Shown one piece after another: positions 30,111 through 41,202 of a DNA stretch of 64,000 nt. Within the stretch, counting starts at the first letter, position 1. Every line of letters starts with the position of its first letter. The translations under genes were made by a program, and so were the position numbers. The notes beneath the pieces are model-generated. The model searched no databases, had not been told where the DNA came from, and saw only the letters and a list, made by a program, of their open reading frames with translations. This stretch comes from Pedobacter sp. (GTDB taxonomy: Bacteria; Desulfobacterota; Desulfuromonadia; Desulfuromonadales; Syntrophotaleaceae): contig JBFWJC010000005.1 of assembly GCA_050253415.1 (NCBI GenBank), positions 32,001 through 96,000 on the forward strand, given 5' to 3'.

Positions 30111-31406
30111 ATGAGTATTGCTAATGAGATCGAATTTTTCGTGGGAGAGGAAAAACGTCTTGCAGATGTACTCGATGAATCGCAAATCCTGCCGTTGTTT
30201 AAGAGCGCCGTAAAAGCAGGGATTGGTTTAGCCGCTATCGTCGATGATAAAGACGTCCCTTTGTGGATCCTGGGAACGCACCTCCCTGCAGCAGTAATAG
30301 GGGAGGATAGCTGGGATGCGACCTGCAGACTTCTGTTGGAAGGTGAGCCGGTGGGAACTGTCTGCCTCATACGGGGGCAGGTCCATGCCAGGGAGTGCGG
30401 GATGATGGCCCATCTGATCGGCGAGGCCTTGAACAGCATCATGGCCAATAACCTGAAACGGATGCTGACCACGGAAATTCATACCAGAGTGGTGAACCAG
30501 TCCTACGACGAATTGCTCGAGAGTAACCGGCAGTTGATGGAATCAAAGGAGAAATACCGGGATCTGGCCGAAAACCTTGAGTTGCGGGTGCAAGAGCGGA
30601 CCGAGGAACTCAAGCGCGCCTATGCCCGGCTCCTCCAGCAGGAAAAAATGGCATCTGTCGGACAGCTTGCCGCAGGCGTGGCTCATGAAATCAATAATCC
30701 AAACGGCTATATTCTAAGTAATCTCAATACGTTGCGAAAGTATGTCGGAAGAATGATGAGGATGCTGGAGCACTATCGTGGCCTCCATGAAGCTGCCGGG
30801 TCTGAAAAATGGCGGGAGTTAAAGCTTGATGTTGTGCTCGGAGATGTTGACGAACTTTTGGATCAGAGTGTTTCCGGGGCACAAAAAGTCAAGCAGATCG
30901 TTTCCGACCTCAAGGGGTTTTCGCACGTGGAAGACATGGGGGTAAGCGCCGTAGACATTAATCATGAAATCGACCGTACTCTTGGAGTTCTTTCAGGGGA
31001 AATGCCCAGGGATACCAGGATCATCAAGGAATTTGGAGTTCTCCCGGTGTTTGAGGGAAACGGAGCCCTGTTGTGCCAAGTGTTTTTGAATCTATTGCGC
31101 AACGCCTTCCAGACCAGGCCCGAGGGATTGCAACTGATTATCACTACAGTGCATGAAGACGATACGTTGCGGATACGTTTCTCCGACAACGGCCCCGGAG
31201 TGCCGGATGAGATCCACGGCAGAATTTTCGAGCCGTTTTTCACGACGCGCGATGTAGGTCATGGCACGGGCCTGGGGTTGACCGTCGCCTATGATATCGT
31301 CACTGAATGCGGCGGAACCCTCGAGGTGGAAAACGGTAAGAAAGGCGGGGCAGTATTTCTGGTTCAACTGCCCGCAACAGGGAGAACCGATGGCCAGGTA
31401 CGCTGA
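30111..31406 (+). CDS. Cytoplasmic histidine kinase
   Basis: Coiled coil, [19 protein letters not shown] and GTGLGL. Confidence 0.9.
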   Translation: MSIANEIEFFVGEEKRLADVLDESQILPLFKSAVKAGIGLAAIVDDKDVPLWILGTHLPAAVIGEDSWDATCRLLLEGEPVGTVCLIRGQVHARECGMMAHLIGEALNSIMANNLKRMLTTEIHTRVVNQSYDELLESNRQLMESKEKYRDLAENLELRVQERTEELKRAYARLLQQEKMASVGQLAAGVAHEINNPNGYILSNLNTLRKYVGRMMRMLEHYRGLHEAAGSEKWRELKLDVVLGDVDELLDQSVSGAQKVKQIVSDLKGFSHVEDMGVSAVDINHEIDRTLGVLSGEMPRDTRIIKEFGVLPVFEGNGALLCQVFLNLLRNAFQTRPEGLQLIITTVHEDDTLRIRFSDNGPGVPDEIHGRIFEPFFTTRDVGHGTGLGLTVAYDIVTECGGTLEVENGKKGGAVFLVQLPATGRTDGQVR

Positions 31407-33804
31407 ACTATTCCGAAATGTACTAGGCAATCAGGGCATCGAGGCATCCGTCGAGGATGCTTCGGATAAAATCATCCCAGGACAATGCGCCTATACCCTT
31501 TTGTTTGTTGATGACGAGGACGGTGTTCTCAAGGCTCTGAGAAGGATTTTTCAGGACGAAAATTACCAGATCCTGACCGCCTGCAACGCCTCGGATGCCC
31601 TGACGATTCTGGAAAAGTACACCATCCACTTGATCGTATCCGACCATCGGATGCCCGGCATGACTGGAGCTCAACTGCTCAAACAAATCAAGGAGCGCTG
31701 GCCGGAAACCATCCGCATCATGCTCACCGGGTATGCCGATGTCCAGTCTATCATGGGCGCGGTTAACGAAGGTTCCGTCTATAAATTTATTACAAAACCA
31801 TGGAATGACGAAGACTTGCGGCTCACCATCAGCCTGGCATTGCAGCAATATGCCTTGATGCAGGAAAACCGTAAACTCAAGGAAGTCAGCAGGCAGCAAA
31901 GGGAAAAACTTAAAAACTACTCTACCTTGATCGAGAAGAACAACGGGGTTCTGGGGAGCCTTCTGGCCAAGGCCGGCCTGGTGAAACTGGAGGATTTTCA
32001 TCGTGCTCTGGGCCAACGCCTGGGGGAGGAATTCATTATCGATACTCTGGTGCGCCTGGGCACGGCCAATGAAACCGAAATTCTCAAACTGCTTCAGGAA
32101 AAGCTGCATCTTGAATATGTGGATCTCAAGGAGATGAATCTGAGTGGCGAGGTGGTTCGCATTTTGCCCAAGGAACCTTGCATAAAACACCGCATGATTC
32201 CCATTCGGCTTGATGACCGTCAGTTGACTCTGGCCATGGCTGACCCCTCCGACATCTATCAGTGCGACAATCTCGCCATGATAACCGGGTTCAGAATCAG
32301 TCCGGTGATTGCCCGCAGTTCGGATATCCTGGAAAGACTCCACACCTTTCACGATACCGAGCCAAACCTAGGCAAGGTAAGTTTCGACGACATCCAGGAC
32401 TTCGATCCCATGGATGAGGTGGATATTGTCATCGAGGACGATGAGGTAGATATCAGTGTCCAGGAACTCCTCAGTTCCTCCGAAGTCCCGCCTATTATCC
32501 GGATTGTGAATTCCATCATATCCGAAGCCATCCGCTATCGGGCCAGCGACATTCACATCGAACCCAAGACCAAATACAGTGTTGTAAGATTTCGCATTGA
32601 CGGCATGCTGCATGACAAAATCCGCATCCCTTCGGAACTGCATCCGGCGACGATCTCCCGGATCAAGATTCTGGGCAAACTCGATATTTCCGAGCGACGC
32701 AAACCCCAGGATGGCCGCATCACCGTGAAATCCGCTACCCGGATGGTGGATCTGCGGGTTTCCACCATGCCGTCCATCAATGGCGAAAAGGTGGTTATGC
32801 GGATCCTCGACAAAAGCGCCTCCGTCCGCAATATCGACGAGCTCGGCCTTCTCCCCGATGATCTGAAAAGCATCTACAGTCTGATCAAAAAGCCGCAAGG
32901 GATACTCATTGCCACCGGTCCCACCGGCAGCGGCAAGACCACCATGCTCTACTCGATCCTGGGAAAAATGCTTGAAAGGTCTAAAAATTTCGAGACCATT
33001 GAAGATCCGGTGGAATATTTTGTCGAGGAGGCCAATCAGATCTATGTACGAGACAGGATAGGGCTGTCCTTCGCCTCCGTATTGCGAGCCACCCTGCGCC
33101 AAGATCCAGATGTCATTCTTGTTGGAGAAATCCGAGATTTCGATACCGCCGATGTCGCCTTCAAGGCAGCCCTGACCGGACACATGGTGCTCACGACACT
33201 GCATACAAACAGTTCCATTGCCTCCATTACCCGTCTTATCGATATCGGTATCAAGCCGTATCTGATCGCCTCGGCCCTGGAGGGGATTATTGCCCAGCGG
33301 CTAGTTCGACGCTGTTGTAAATACTGCAGGGTCGAAGAACCGCCGGATAGGGAGATCCTCGATCTTCTTCGCATCTCGCCGGAGATCATCGGTGAGCAGG
33401 TGGTTCGAGGCAAGGGGTGCCCCCGTTGTAATAATACTGGTTACCTTGGGAGGATTGGAATCTATGAGCTGTTCATGATGAACGATGATTTCCGCCATGT
33501 TATTTCGGAAACTTCCAAAGGGTCGGAGTTGCTGAACATGGCCAAGGCCATCGGCATGAAAACCCTGCTCGACGACGGATTGGTCAAGGTCAAGCAGGGA
33601 GAAACGACTCTGAGCGAAATTTTGAGGGTGCTAGGTCCTCAGATACGCCACGAAAGAGTCTGTGGAAAATGTCAGAAAATTATCGATGCCAAATTTCTCT
33701 TTTGTCCGTTCTGCGGACAATTCCGGCGGGATATCTGCGAAAAATGCAAAATTCCGCTGGAAGACGATTGGATCAACTGTGCAATGTGCGGCAGTAAACG
33801 ATAG
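31390..33804 (+). CDS. REC-MshEN-PilB/GspE-family ATPase with C-terminal double zinc ribbon
   Basis: Start ATG 31390 after GGAGA. REC, MshEN-like repeat, ASDIHIEP, GPTGSGKTT, LRQDPDVILVGEIRD, tetracysteine motif and four terminal CxxC. Confidence 0.9.
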   Translation: MARYAELFRNVLGNQGIEASVEDASDKIIPGQCAYTLLFVDDEDGVLKALRRIFQDENYQILTACNASDALTILEKYTIHLIVSDHRMPGMTGAQLLKQIKERWPETIRIMLTGYADVQSIMGAVNEGSVYKFITKPWNDEDLRLTISLALQQYALMQENRKLKEVSRQQREKLKNYSTLIEKNNGVLGSLLAKAGLVKLEDFHRALGQRLGEEFIIDTLVRLGTANETEILKLLQEKLHLEYVDLKEMNLSGEVVRILPKEPCIKHRMIPIRLDDRQLTLAMADPSDIYQCDNLAMITGFRISPVIARSSDILERLHTFHDTEPNLGKVSFDDIQDFDPMDEVDIVIEDDEVDISVQELLSSSEVPPIIRIVNSIISEAIRYRASDIHIEPKTKYSVVRFRIDGMLHDKIRIPSELHPATISRIKILGKLDISERRKPQDGRITVKSATRMVDLRVSTMPSINGEKVVMRILDKSASVRNIDELGLLPDDLKSIYSLIKKPQGILIATGPTGSGKTTMLYSILGKMLERSKNFETIEDPVEYFVEEANQIYVRDRIGLSFASVLRATLRQDPDVILVGEIRDFDTADVAFKAALTGHMVLTTLHTNSSIASITRLIDIGIKPYLIASALEGIIAQRLVRRCCKYCRVEEPPDREILDLLRISPEIIGEQVVRGKGCPRCNNTGYLGRIGIYELFMMNDDFRHVISETSKGSELLNMAKAIGMKTLLDDGLVKVKQGETTLSEILRVLGPQIRHERVCGKCQKIIDAKFLFCPFCGQFRRDICEKCKIPLEDDWINCAMCGSKR

Positions 33805-33883
33805 GTTCCCACTGGATATGTGGAAACGGAAATCCTTACCCGGCCGGTGCAACATTCGGCCTTACGGCGGAAGGCGGCGAGCT

Positions 33884-34444
33884 ATGGAAGAAACTATAAA
33901 CTGCATTTTGCTGGTGGACGATGAAGTTCATGTCGTCAAGGCGTTGCAGCGGGCTCTTATTGAAGAAGATTACGAAATTATTACAGCGAATAGCGGTGAA
34001 GAAGCTTTGGAGACCCTGTCCAGACATGCGGTCAAGGTAATAGTTTGCGATGAAAGGATGCCCGGCATGTCCGGGGCGGAACTGCTTTCCATCGTCAACA
34101 CCAGGCATCCGCAAATCGTACGGATCCTTCTTACCGGATATGCCACCCTTGAAAGCGCTATGAAAGCGGTGAACGAAGGTGAAATATGGCGGTTTTTCAC
34201 CAAGCCATGGAGCGATCTGGACCTTGCCCTAGCGATTCGCTTGGCTATCGAAAAATACGATATGGAAACGAAACTCCGGCAAATGATGGCCTTGGTGCGC
34301 ACGCAGCATCTCGAACTCGAAGCTCTTAAAGGTGTCAATTCTGGAAGCACGCTGTCGGGAAAAACCAAAGATGGCAGCTATTATATGCCTGAGCTGACGG
34401 AGCAAGATATTGCACAAATTTTGGAGGAATGCCGGACAAGTTAG
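33884..34444 (+). CDS. Response regulator receiver protein
   Basis: Start ATG 33884. VDDE, CDERMP and KPW. Confidence 0.85.
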   Translation: MEETINCILLVDDEVHVVKALQRALIEEDYEIITANSGEEALETLSRHAVKVIVCDERMPGMSGAELLSIVNTRHPQIVRILLTGYATLESAMKAVNEGEIWRFFTKPWSDLDLALAIRLAIEKYDMETKLRQMMALVRTQHLELEALKGVNSGSTLSGKTKDGSYYMPELTEQDIAQILEECRTS

Positions 34445-34743
34445 CTTTCCATCTGCAGATCCGGAATGGTCAGAATATACTCTATAGTGAGCCTCACCCA
34501 AAAACCGACCAAGACACACTTATAATTTCAAGTTTGCTTATCTAGATGAAAGAACGGTGCGGCGGCTGCCGTTGTAATGTTGGCGCCAACCTCCTATCTT
34601 TCTTTGAGCATCATGTTCGCTAATGCGGTAATGCTCCAAGAGAAAACTGACCAAAGTGTGACTAGAATCAGGCATTACCACTTTCCGGCAGAACATCTTG
34701 TATCAATTATTTTGCAATGGATTAGTTTTCAGGGGAAGGTCAA

Positions 34744-34961
34744 ATGCACTATAAATTTTCAGACATTGTTGATATCCCAACGATTCAAGAACTAATAGAG
34801 AGTTCATATAGAATATCTTGCATTCCAGTGAGGGTAATAGACACTTACGGAACAGTGCTAATCACCACAGAAAGGATTGATATTGACAGCCAAATTCATC
34901 GTGGTTTCCCGGAAACAAGGTTGCTTTTTCGTGAGAGAGAAACATTCCTTCAGGGGCATTT
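34744..34961 (+). pseudogene. PocR-domain gene fragment truncated by IS256
   Basis: MHYKFSDIVDIPTIQELIES...IDTYGTVL...IHRGFPET parallels the PocR N-terminus at 1-276 and runs directly into the IS terminal repeat. Confidence 0.7.
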
Positions 34962-36329
34962 GGTAGTGTAAAGAATTTTTCGCTTTTTTTCGGCAGCGCC
35001 CCTGTCGGTTAGCTGGTTTCGGCCCCCATGCTCAGTTCCAAATCTTGCTCCCGGAGAAGATCCATATTCAGGTACCGCCTTGAGCCCCACTTGATCCCGG
35101 CGATGTGCCGCAGACGGGCCGCACAGAGCATCAGGGCCGAGTGACCATCCGGAAAGGCTCCGACCACCCTGGTTCGCCTACGGATCTTCTTCATGATCCG
35201 CTCCAGGGCATTATTGGTGCGAATTCGCGTGTGGTGCTGGCGGGGAAAGTCATAATAGGTCAACGTTTCACCAATGGAATCGCGGACCTTTTTAGCGGCC
35301 TCTTTCAGGCGCATCCCGGCCAGTTTTTCGCGGACCTGCTCGGCTTTTTGCTTCGCCGCCTCCTTGTCTTCCGAGGCGTGAATCGCCTTGAGCATAGCCG
35401 CAACTTCCCGCATTCGCTTGGCCAGCAACTCGCTGAAAACATTGCGGTAGAAATGGACCATACAGCGCTGCCATTTGCCCGCAGGAAAAAACTCGCCAAG
35501 GGATTCCACCAAGCCCATGCAGGCATCGGTGATAAAAAGGCGCCCCCCCCCTGAGGCCTCGCTCTTTCAAATGACGAAGAAAATTGGACCATCCGGCTCG
35601 GTCTTCTTTGTGTCCTTCGGCCACCCCGAGAATTTTCCGGTACCCGCAGGCGTTTACGCCGATGGCGACCAGCACCGAAACGTTGCTGAACTCCCCGCCC
35701 CAGGAGCGCTTCAGAACGATACCGTCGATGTAGACGTAGGGGATTCCTCAATGGGGCGGTTTCGCCACTCTTCGATCTTGGCGTACACTTTTTTGTTGAG
35801 GTTGCTGATGGTCCCAGGGCTCACCTTGATGCCCCAAAGGGCTTCGGTGATATCCTCAACGCGGCGCACCGAGACGCCGGCCAGGTACATCTCGATCAAA
35901 GCTTCTTCCACCGAGGCCTCTCGGCGCCGATAGCGTTCGATGATGGCGGTCTCAAAAGTCTGGCGCCGTAGCTTGAGCATGTTCAGCGTCACCTCGCCGG
36001 CCTGAGTCTGTAATTTGCGCTGATAATGGCCGGCCCTGGTATCGGTGCGGGCTTCGTTGCGTTGGTATTTTTCAGCATTGCACAGCCGATCCGCTTCGGC
36101 ATCGAGCATGTCTTTCAGCGTCTGCTCCACGGTGCTGCGCACGATCTGCCCCAGGTGATTGCGGACAGCGGTTTCATTCAGTTGGATAATTTTGTCCCGA
36201 TCTGGTGTACAATCGTTGTCCACGGCAGTGCTTCCTTTCTTGGTTAAGGTTTGCGTTTGGCGACACAATTCTAACCTCAAGGGGCACTGCCGTGCCTCAT
36301 GAAAAAAGCGAAAAATATTTTACGTTATC
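34962..36329 (-). mobile_element. IS256-family element with frameshifted transposase
   Basis: Transposase split over three ORFs (35711-36280, 35292-35675, 35009-35518; EMYLAGVSVRRV, WQRCMVHFYRN, RTNNALER). Terminal IRs GGTAGTGTAAAGAATTTTTCGC and GATAACGTAAAATATTTTTCGC. Confidence 0.92.
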
Positions 36330-36386
36330 AGGGCGATACCTGCGTCTTGCGCAGTCCCTTGTGAAATCTTGCTGCACTAACTGACA

Positions 36387-36735
36387 GGTCTGTTCCTATC
36401 TTAAAATTGGAATTGGACGCAACGCCAAGGCAACCCAAACGATGTTCGCTTAATGGCCAGGTAGGTTTCAGGTGGAAGGGATAGGCAGGCATCTCAAGAA
36501 TTTTAGCGCATTTAAGCAAAGAATAGCTATTAGTCATGCATTCCATAAATGGCAACCCTTTGTCAGGATGGTGCGTTCCGGCAAAGGGGTATGGGTGAAG
36601 TCGCTGAAAACCTTGCGGCAGGAGGAACAGCGATAACGCTGCCGGTCGTTCTGGGTACCGTAGCGAATAATCTTTTCATGCCTACAATGCGGCCAGGAAA
36701 AGCCTTTTCGGAACCTGTTATCACGGACCTCGCCA
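36387..36735 (-). mobile_element. IS1595-family remnant
   Basis: Zinc-ribbon PHC..EKIIRYG....QRYRCSSCRKVFSDFTHTPL, then GTHHPDK..PFMECM, then GVAS and an IS1595-like end AAGATAGGAACAGACC. Core is deleted. Confidence 0.65.
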
Positions 36736-38265
36736 GTCAGGTTGCTGAACTTTAAAATTGACAATCTCATCAATAGCAATTGCTCCCTTCGCAAGCCCCA
36801 GCCTCATAGCAGCAGTTTTCTTGTCAACTTTACTCTTGAGGTAAAAATTGTAATACACTCTAAAAATATCCAGTAGCTTCTGTACCAACGCTGGGTTATA
36901 TGGCTGGTAGCCACTCCAGATTCGATTCTGGTTACTCTTGGACTTTTTTGGCCGATCCAATGGGTTCAGCCTAGTTCGGATCTGGTTGAAGTAGCTATCG
37001 ATGGCATGTAAGCTCGCCATGTGGTACAGATTAGCCAATTGCATCTCATCCAGATCGTTTCGGTTGGTCAGATAGAAAACGGCCTTTTCCGGCTTGCTCA
37101 TATCCTGGAACGGGTATTCCAACCACCGATCCTCCCACCTTCCGATGGTCTTTAGGCGTTTCATCTCCTCGGCAATCCGGAGCAGCCTTATCGATTTATC
37201 GGACAGCATTAGGTATTTGTAGCGTTGTGCATCCATGTCACGCTTATATATAGCAACAAGTCTCTGCTTTTGTGAATGGTCAGATCCTTATTGATGCGTA
37301 CGAAGAAGGCGTCACACTTCCCAGAGATAACTTCATCAGCAAAGGCAGACATACAGGCTGCCCGGATGCCCAAATCTTGATCCAAAAAGAACCAAATCTT
37401 TCCTGCGTTGGAGAGCAGCTTCTTGAGAAAAAAGAAGTGCCCGTACATCGTGTATTCCTCATGGATCTGCATTCCCTTGTGCGGCTCCGGATCGTCCGAC
37501 TCCTCGATCTCGCCTCGCTCCAGAGCATCCTGATAACGCATGGCAATATCGAAGGTCAGTCCTCCCGGCGGGATCGGCCCCTTCTGGTGCTTTGGCCGCT
37601 TGCGGTCGGCGTTGTCATGATCCACTTCAAGCCAAATCCGGGCAAATTCGCGAAACGGCATATCGAGGTTCTCGTCACCATTTTTTTCACAGTCGCCCGA
37701 ATAAAATCAGGGTCGAGGCTTGTGTCGTAGTTCACGTGCATGCCAAAGACGTAACCGGAGCGTATATCGGCCGTGCCGGTTGCCTTGATTATAACGTTGC
37801 GCTTATCCTTCGTATTCGTCCAGTTGACGATATATTCCTGTCGATCCGTGGCACAAGGTATAGACTGTGCATTGAAAGTCCCCCAAGGAGGAATTTGCGC
37901 TCCCTGTCAGCTATAAATGCAAGACAATGGGCATTGATAAAGTCTATCTTCCGATATACGGTGCGCATCGATACCTCGGCCACTTCACAGATGTGGACGA
38001 GCGGCTCCTTGTTCATCAGGAACTTCATGATCGTTTTATTTTTGTAGGCCACACGCTGTCGGGTGGTGGGTTTAGCACTGATTGAAAATGTTTTTCCACA
38101 TTCCTTGCAGCGATAACGTCTGGCACCCGTATCTGTCGTACCGAACTTCTGGTAGAAGCACTTGCCCTCGTTAACGTCGACACCGTAGTTGGTACAGGAT
38201 TCATCAGGACAGCATTGCACAACGTCAGAGGTTTTCTTCCAGACTGAACCCCAACTTATACCCAT
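36721..38265 (-). pseudogene. Fragmented IS1-like zinc-finger/DDE-type transposase-like gene
   Basis: Collinear pieces: CPDESC...RYRCKECGKTF plus HTH (37789-38265), a middle piece (37209-37741) and C-terminal FRVYYNF...TAAMRLGL (36721-37236). Frameshifts and a probable deletion. Confidence 0.6.
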
Positions 38266-38591
38266 AGGTTGGGATTCGGTGATTTAGGGACGGCATCCCT
38301 TTTTTGACATAAGGTTTGTACCGAGCCCTAAATTGACCTAGAAATTTGTCTCGTCAGAATAAATTTAACTCATATGTTCCTAGAACCAACAGAATCAATA
38401 TGCAAAAAATCGGTTTAGAACTATAAAAAACCTAGCGCCGGGTAGACGTACGGCGCAATCTAAGTCTGAGGTGCAGGCGTCTTAATCGAAGCGCTAAGAA
38501 TATTATTCAAATTCAGCTTGTCGTACTTTATTGAAAAAAGGGGGAGGGAATAATACTGCAATAGATACAATCTCTTAATTTTTAAGTATCC

Positions 38592-40754
38592 TTAAATGTA
38601 AAAGCCAACATCTCTATTATATCGCTTATTAATGGCATTGATGAATGCCGATCGGTCACCTACAAATATCACCCTCTCCATTCCACGCGTAAGAGCTGTA
38701 TAGATAATCGAGTTATTAAGGTTGCGGTTTTTATGCATGGGGACAATAACGTTTTTCCATTTAGAACCTTGTGACCTATGGATGGGTAAGGAATAGGCCA
38801 GCTCGATTTGATCAAAGTCTTTTTCATGGATAGAACGGGCCTTTCCATCATCCCAGTGAGCGCTTATAGTCCATCCGTTCTCCTGGTCTAGCGAAATATT
38901 TGTGATGATTCCGAGGCTGTTTTTGAACAATTCAAGCTCGTAGTCGTTCTCGATAAAAATGACGGGGTCACCGACAGCATATTTCCATATCTCGCCGCCA
39001 TAAAAGGTCGAATGATCTTCTATTTGTTGGTGTTGGAGCAATTGATTGAGCGGGTATACACCGGCTCTGCCATTCTGTACAGAGCCGAGAATACGAGTCG
39101 ATTCTATATCATCGTTTTTCAGCCCCTCGAAGGTCTCGGAGACTCTGGTTGGTATATCTTCAAGGGAACACTCAATGAAAAAGACTCCTGGTCTTTCTGG
39201 AGTGGATGGGTTGAAGGGAAGAATTGCATTATTGGCTTTTTCGGCATCGTTTAAGAGAATACCCTCCGCAACATCAAGGATAGCAGAATCCTTCTCCTGA
39301 CTACAGATGACCTCAAGCTCTACTTTGGGCACAAGAACCGATTCTACAAGTTTATGGAACACCAGGCCAAATGAATCGGGTGGAAGTTGACGAGAGTCGC
39401 CAACCATCAGGATGCTTGCACCTCCTGGAATACATGACAAGAGGCGGTACATGGAGGACAAATCCACCATGGAGGATTCAACTATGATGAAAAAGGTGTC
39501 CTCGACCACCTGCCGCTTTCCACTTCTAACGTCCATACAGAATTTAGCAATAGGTAACGCCGGATGTAGCGTAAGATCTCGCATACGCCGGGCTGCAGGT
39601 CCAGAAGGTGCCATTTGGACAACCGGAGTGCCGGTCTTTTCCAAAACTTCGTAAATAGCCAAGAGGACGGTATTTTTTCCCGTTCCGATGCCACCACAGA
39701 TAATACTGAATTTTTCTTCGAGAGCTTGATAAACAGCCTGTTTCTGCTTTTTATTGAGTGTAATGTTTTTATTCTGACGGGCGCTTAAAGCCTTCTCGGC
39801 CGCTCGTATTCCACATTCAATGTCCTTGTCCTCAAATGCGCTAACGAGTTGGGTATCTGCTTCCTTGCGGCCATGAATGGCAAGCAGTCGTTCTCGAATT
39901 CTCCTTTCAAGGCGGGCAACGCCTCTATGCTGATATCCATCTTGCTTATTGCCCACAAGGACCTTTATTTCTTTAGCAACCGTCAAAGCCTTTATAGGCA
40001 ACGAACTATCACCTTCGTTCAGGTTAGCTCTTACCTTTGCCAGTAATTTGGAGTGCGGCGTCAAAGTGTGGGCTTTATCGTGGCGTGAGTATAGAGCTGC
40101 TTCTACTGCTCCTAGAAGGCGTCGATTATCGCATCCCGATATTCCTAAAAGACGGGCAGCGTTATCAACCAACTTCCATCCTGTGAATGCAAGTAGCTTG
40201 TAGGGATCATTACTCAGAAGATCAATAGAGCAGGGGCCCCAAGCTCGGATAATTTCCTTTGCAAGCCGGAAGTCTATCTCATGGTCACTTAGCCACCATA
40301 TGACTCGAATTTCCAAGGAGGCGGCTTTCCAGCGCTCGACCAATTCGGAGGCAAGAGACACGCTGATGCCCTCAGCCTGAACAAGTGTTTTGACGTCCCC
40401 AAGCTCCAAATGGTCCCTTAGGGTAGGGCCAAAAGTCGTCTTGAGAGATTTTATTTTCTTGGCACCAAGTGCGAAACCTCTCATGGTAGGGCTTTTGGTC
40501 AAGTAGTCGATAACGAGCCGACCCGAGGGCATATCAAGCAGAAGGTGGGAAGCACGCAATTGCTTTCCGTGCTTAGGGTGGTGCTCGAACACCCCTGTCA
40601 CAGTCCAAACTTCATCCTTACCCGGAGTTTGGAGGATGATGTTGTAGGGCGCAACAACCTTTATCTCTCCGGAATTGCTCTTCCCGGTAAAGATAGCACC
40701 ACCTCCCTGTGTTGAGAGGACCCTGTCAACGATTAAGCTGATTTTTACGAGCAT
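38592..40754 (-). CDS. RecD2/TraA-like SF1B helicase homolog with degenerate motifs
   Basis: N-terminal OB/HhH region, GGIGTGKN, IIVESSM, GD..QLPP, IHRSQGS and YTALTR. Confidence 0.82.
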   Translation of the reverse strand: MLVKISLIVDRVLSTQGGGAIFTGKSNSGEIKVVAPYNIILQTPGKDEVWTVTGVFEHHPKHGKQLRASHLLLDMPSGRLVIDYLTKSPTMRGFALGAKKIKSLKTTFGPTLRDHLELGDVKTLVQAEGISVSLASELVERWKAASLEIRVIWWLSDHEIDFRLAKEIIRAWGPCSIDLLSNDPYKLLAFTGWKLVDNAARLLGISGCDNRRLLGAVEAALYSRHDKAHTLTPHSKLLAKVRANLNEGDSSLPIKALTVAKEIKVLVGNKQDGYQHRGVARLERRIRERLLAIHGRKEADTQLVSAFEDKDIECGIRAAEKALSARQNKNITLNKKQKQAVYQALEEKFSIICGGIGTGKNTVLLAIYEVLEKTGTPVVQMAPSGPAARRMRDLTLHPALPIAKFCMDVRSGKRQVVEDTFFIIVESSMVDLSSMYRLLSCIPGGASILMVGDSRQLPPDSFGLVFHKLVESVLVPKVELEVICSQEKDSAILDVAEGILLNDAEKANNAILPFNPSTPERPGVFFIECSLEDIPTRVSETFEGLKNDDIESTRILGSVQNGRAGVYPLNQLLQHQQIEDHSTFYGGEIWKYAVGDPVIFIENDYELELFKNSLGIITNISLDQENGWTISAHWDDGKARSIHEKDFDQIELAYSLPIHRSQGSKWKNVIVPMHKNRNLNNSIIYTALTRGMERVIFVGDRSAFINAINKRYNRDVGFYI

Positions 40755-41188
40755 GTTTTGCGTCGAATTTCTCTTCCAGTTTCAAGGAGGTGATCTTCAT
40801 CAGATAGGGCGTTTTGAAGTGCCTTTTTAATAACTTTGTTTTCCTCAATCACAGTCTGGAACTGGTTTTGAAGTTCAATGATCTTATTATTAAGTTTTTT
40901 GATCTCACGATCCCTTTCTAGCAGAAGGGACTCGGTGTTTTTGTTGCTAGTCTTAGAATCCGTGTTGGTTGGTTCGATCATTGGCAGGGTATATCCATGG
41001 CGCTTGCAGTAGTCCACAAGCAATTTGGTTACACCAGTATTCTCATAGACAGGTGTTCTGTATTTGTAACCAACCATTCGAAAAAGCTGGCTAATATTCA
41101 CCTTGCCTGCACGCAGGGGTAATTCCGGCTTTAGAGCCAAAAACGATCGCATCATCTCAACGTGTTTTTTCCCCTGTTCCAAACTCAT
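40745..41188 (-). CDS. Small HTH plus coiled-coil protein typical of integrative elements (VPA1267/TnpC-like)
   Basis: GKVNISQL HTH-like segment, coiled coil and C-terminal LLETGR. Overlaps the helicase start. Confidence 0.55.
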   Translation of the reverse strand: MSLEQGKKHVEMMRSFLALKPELPLRAGKVNISQLFRMVGYKYRTPVYENTGVTKLLVDYCKRHGYTLPMIEPTNTDSKTSNKNTESLLLERDREIKKLNNKIIELQNQFQTVIEENKVIKKALQNALSDEDHLLETGREIRRKTCS

Positions 41189-41202
41189 CGGTGGTTTCCT
41201 AC

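Noticed and set aside
31423..33204. Long antisense ORFs (also 53428-54525, 61265-63013)
   Set aside because: They lie opposite well-conserved genes and show no recognisable motifs.
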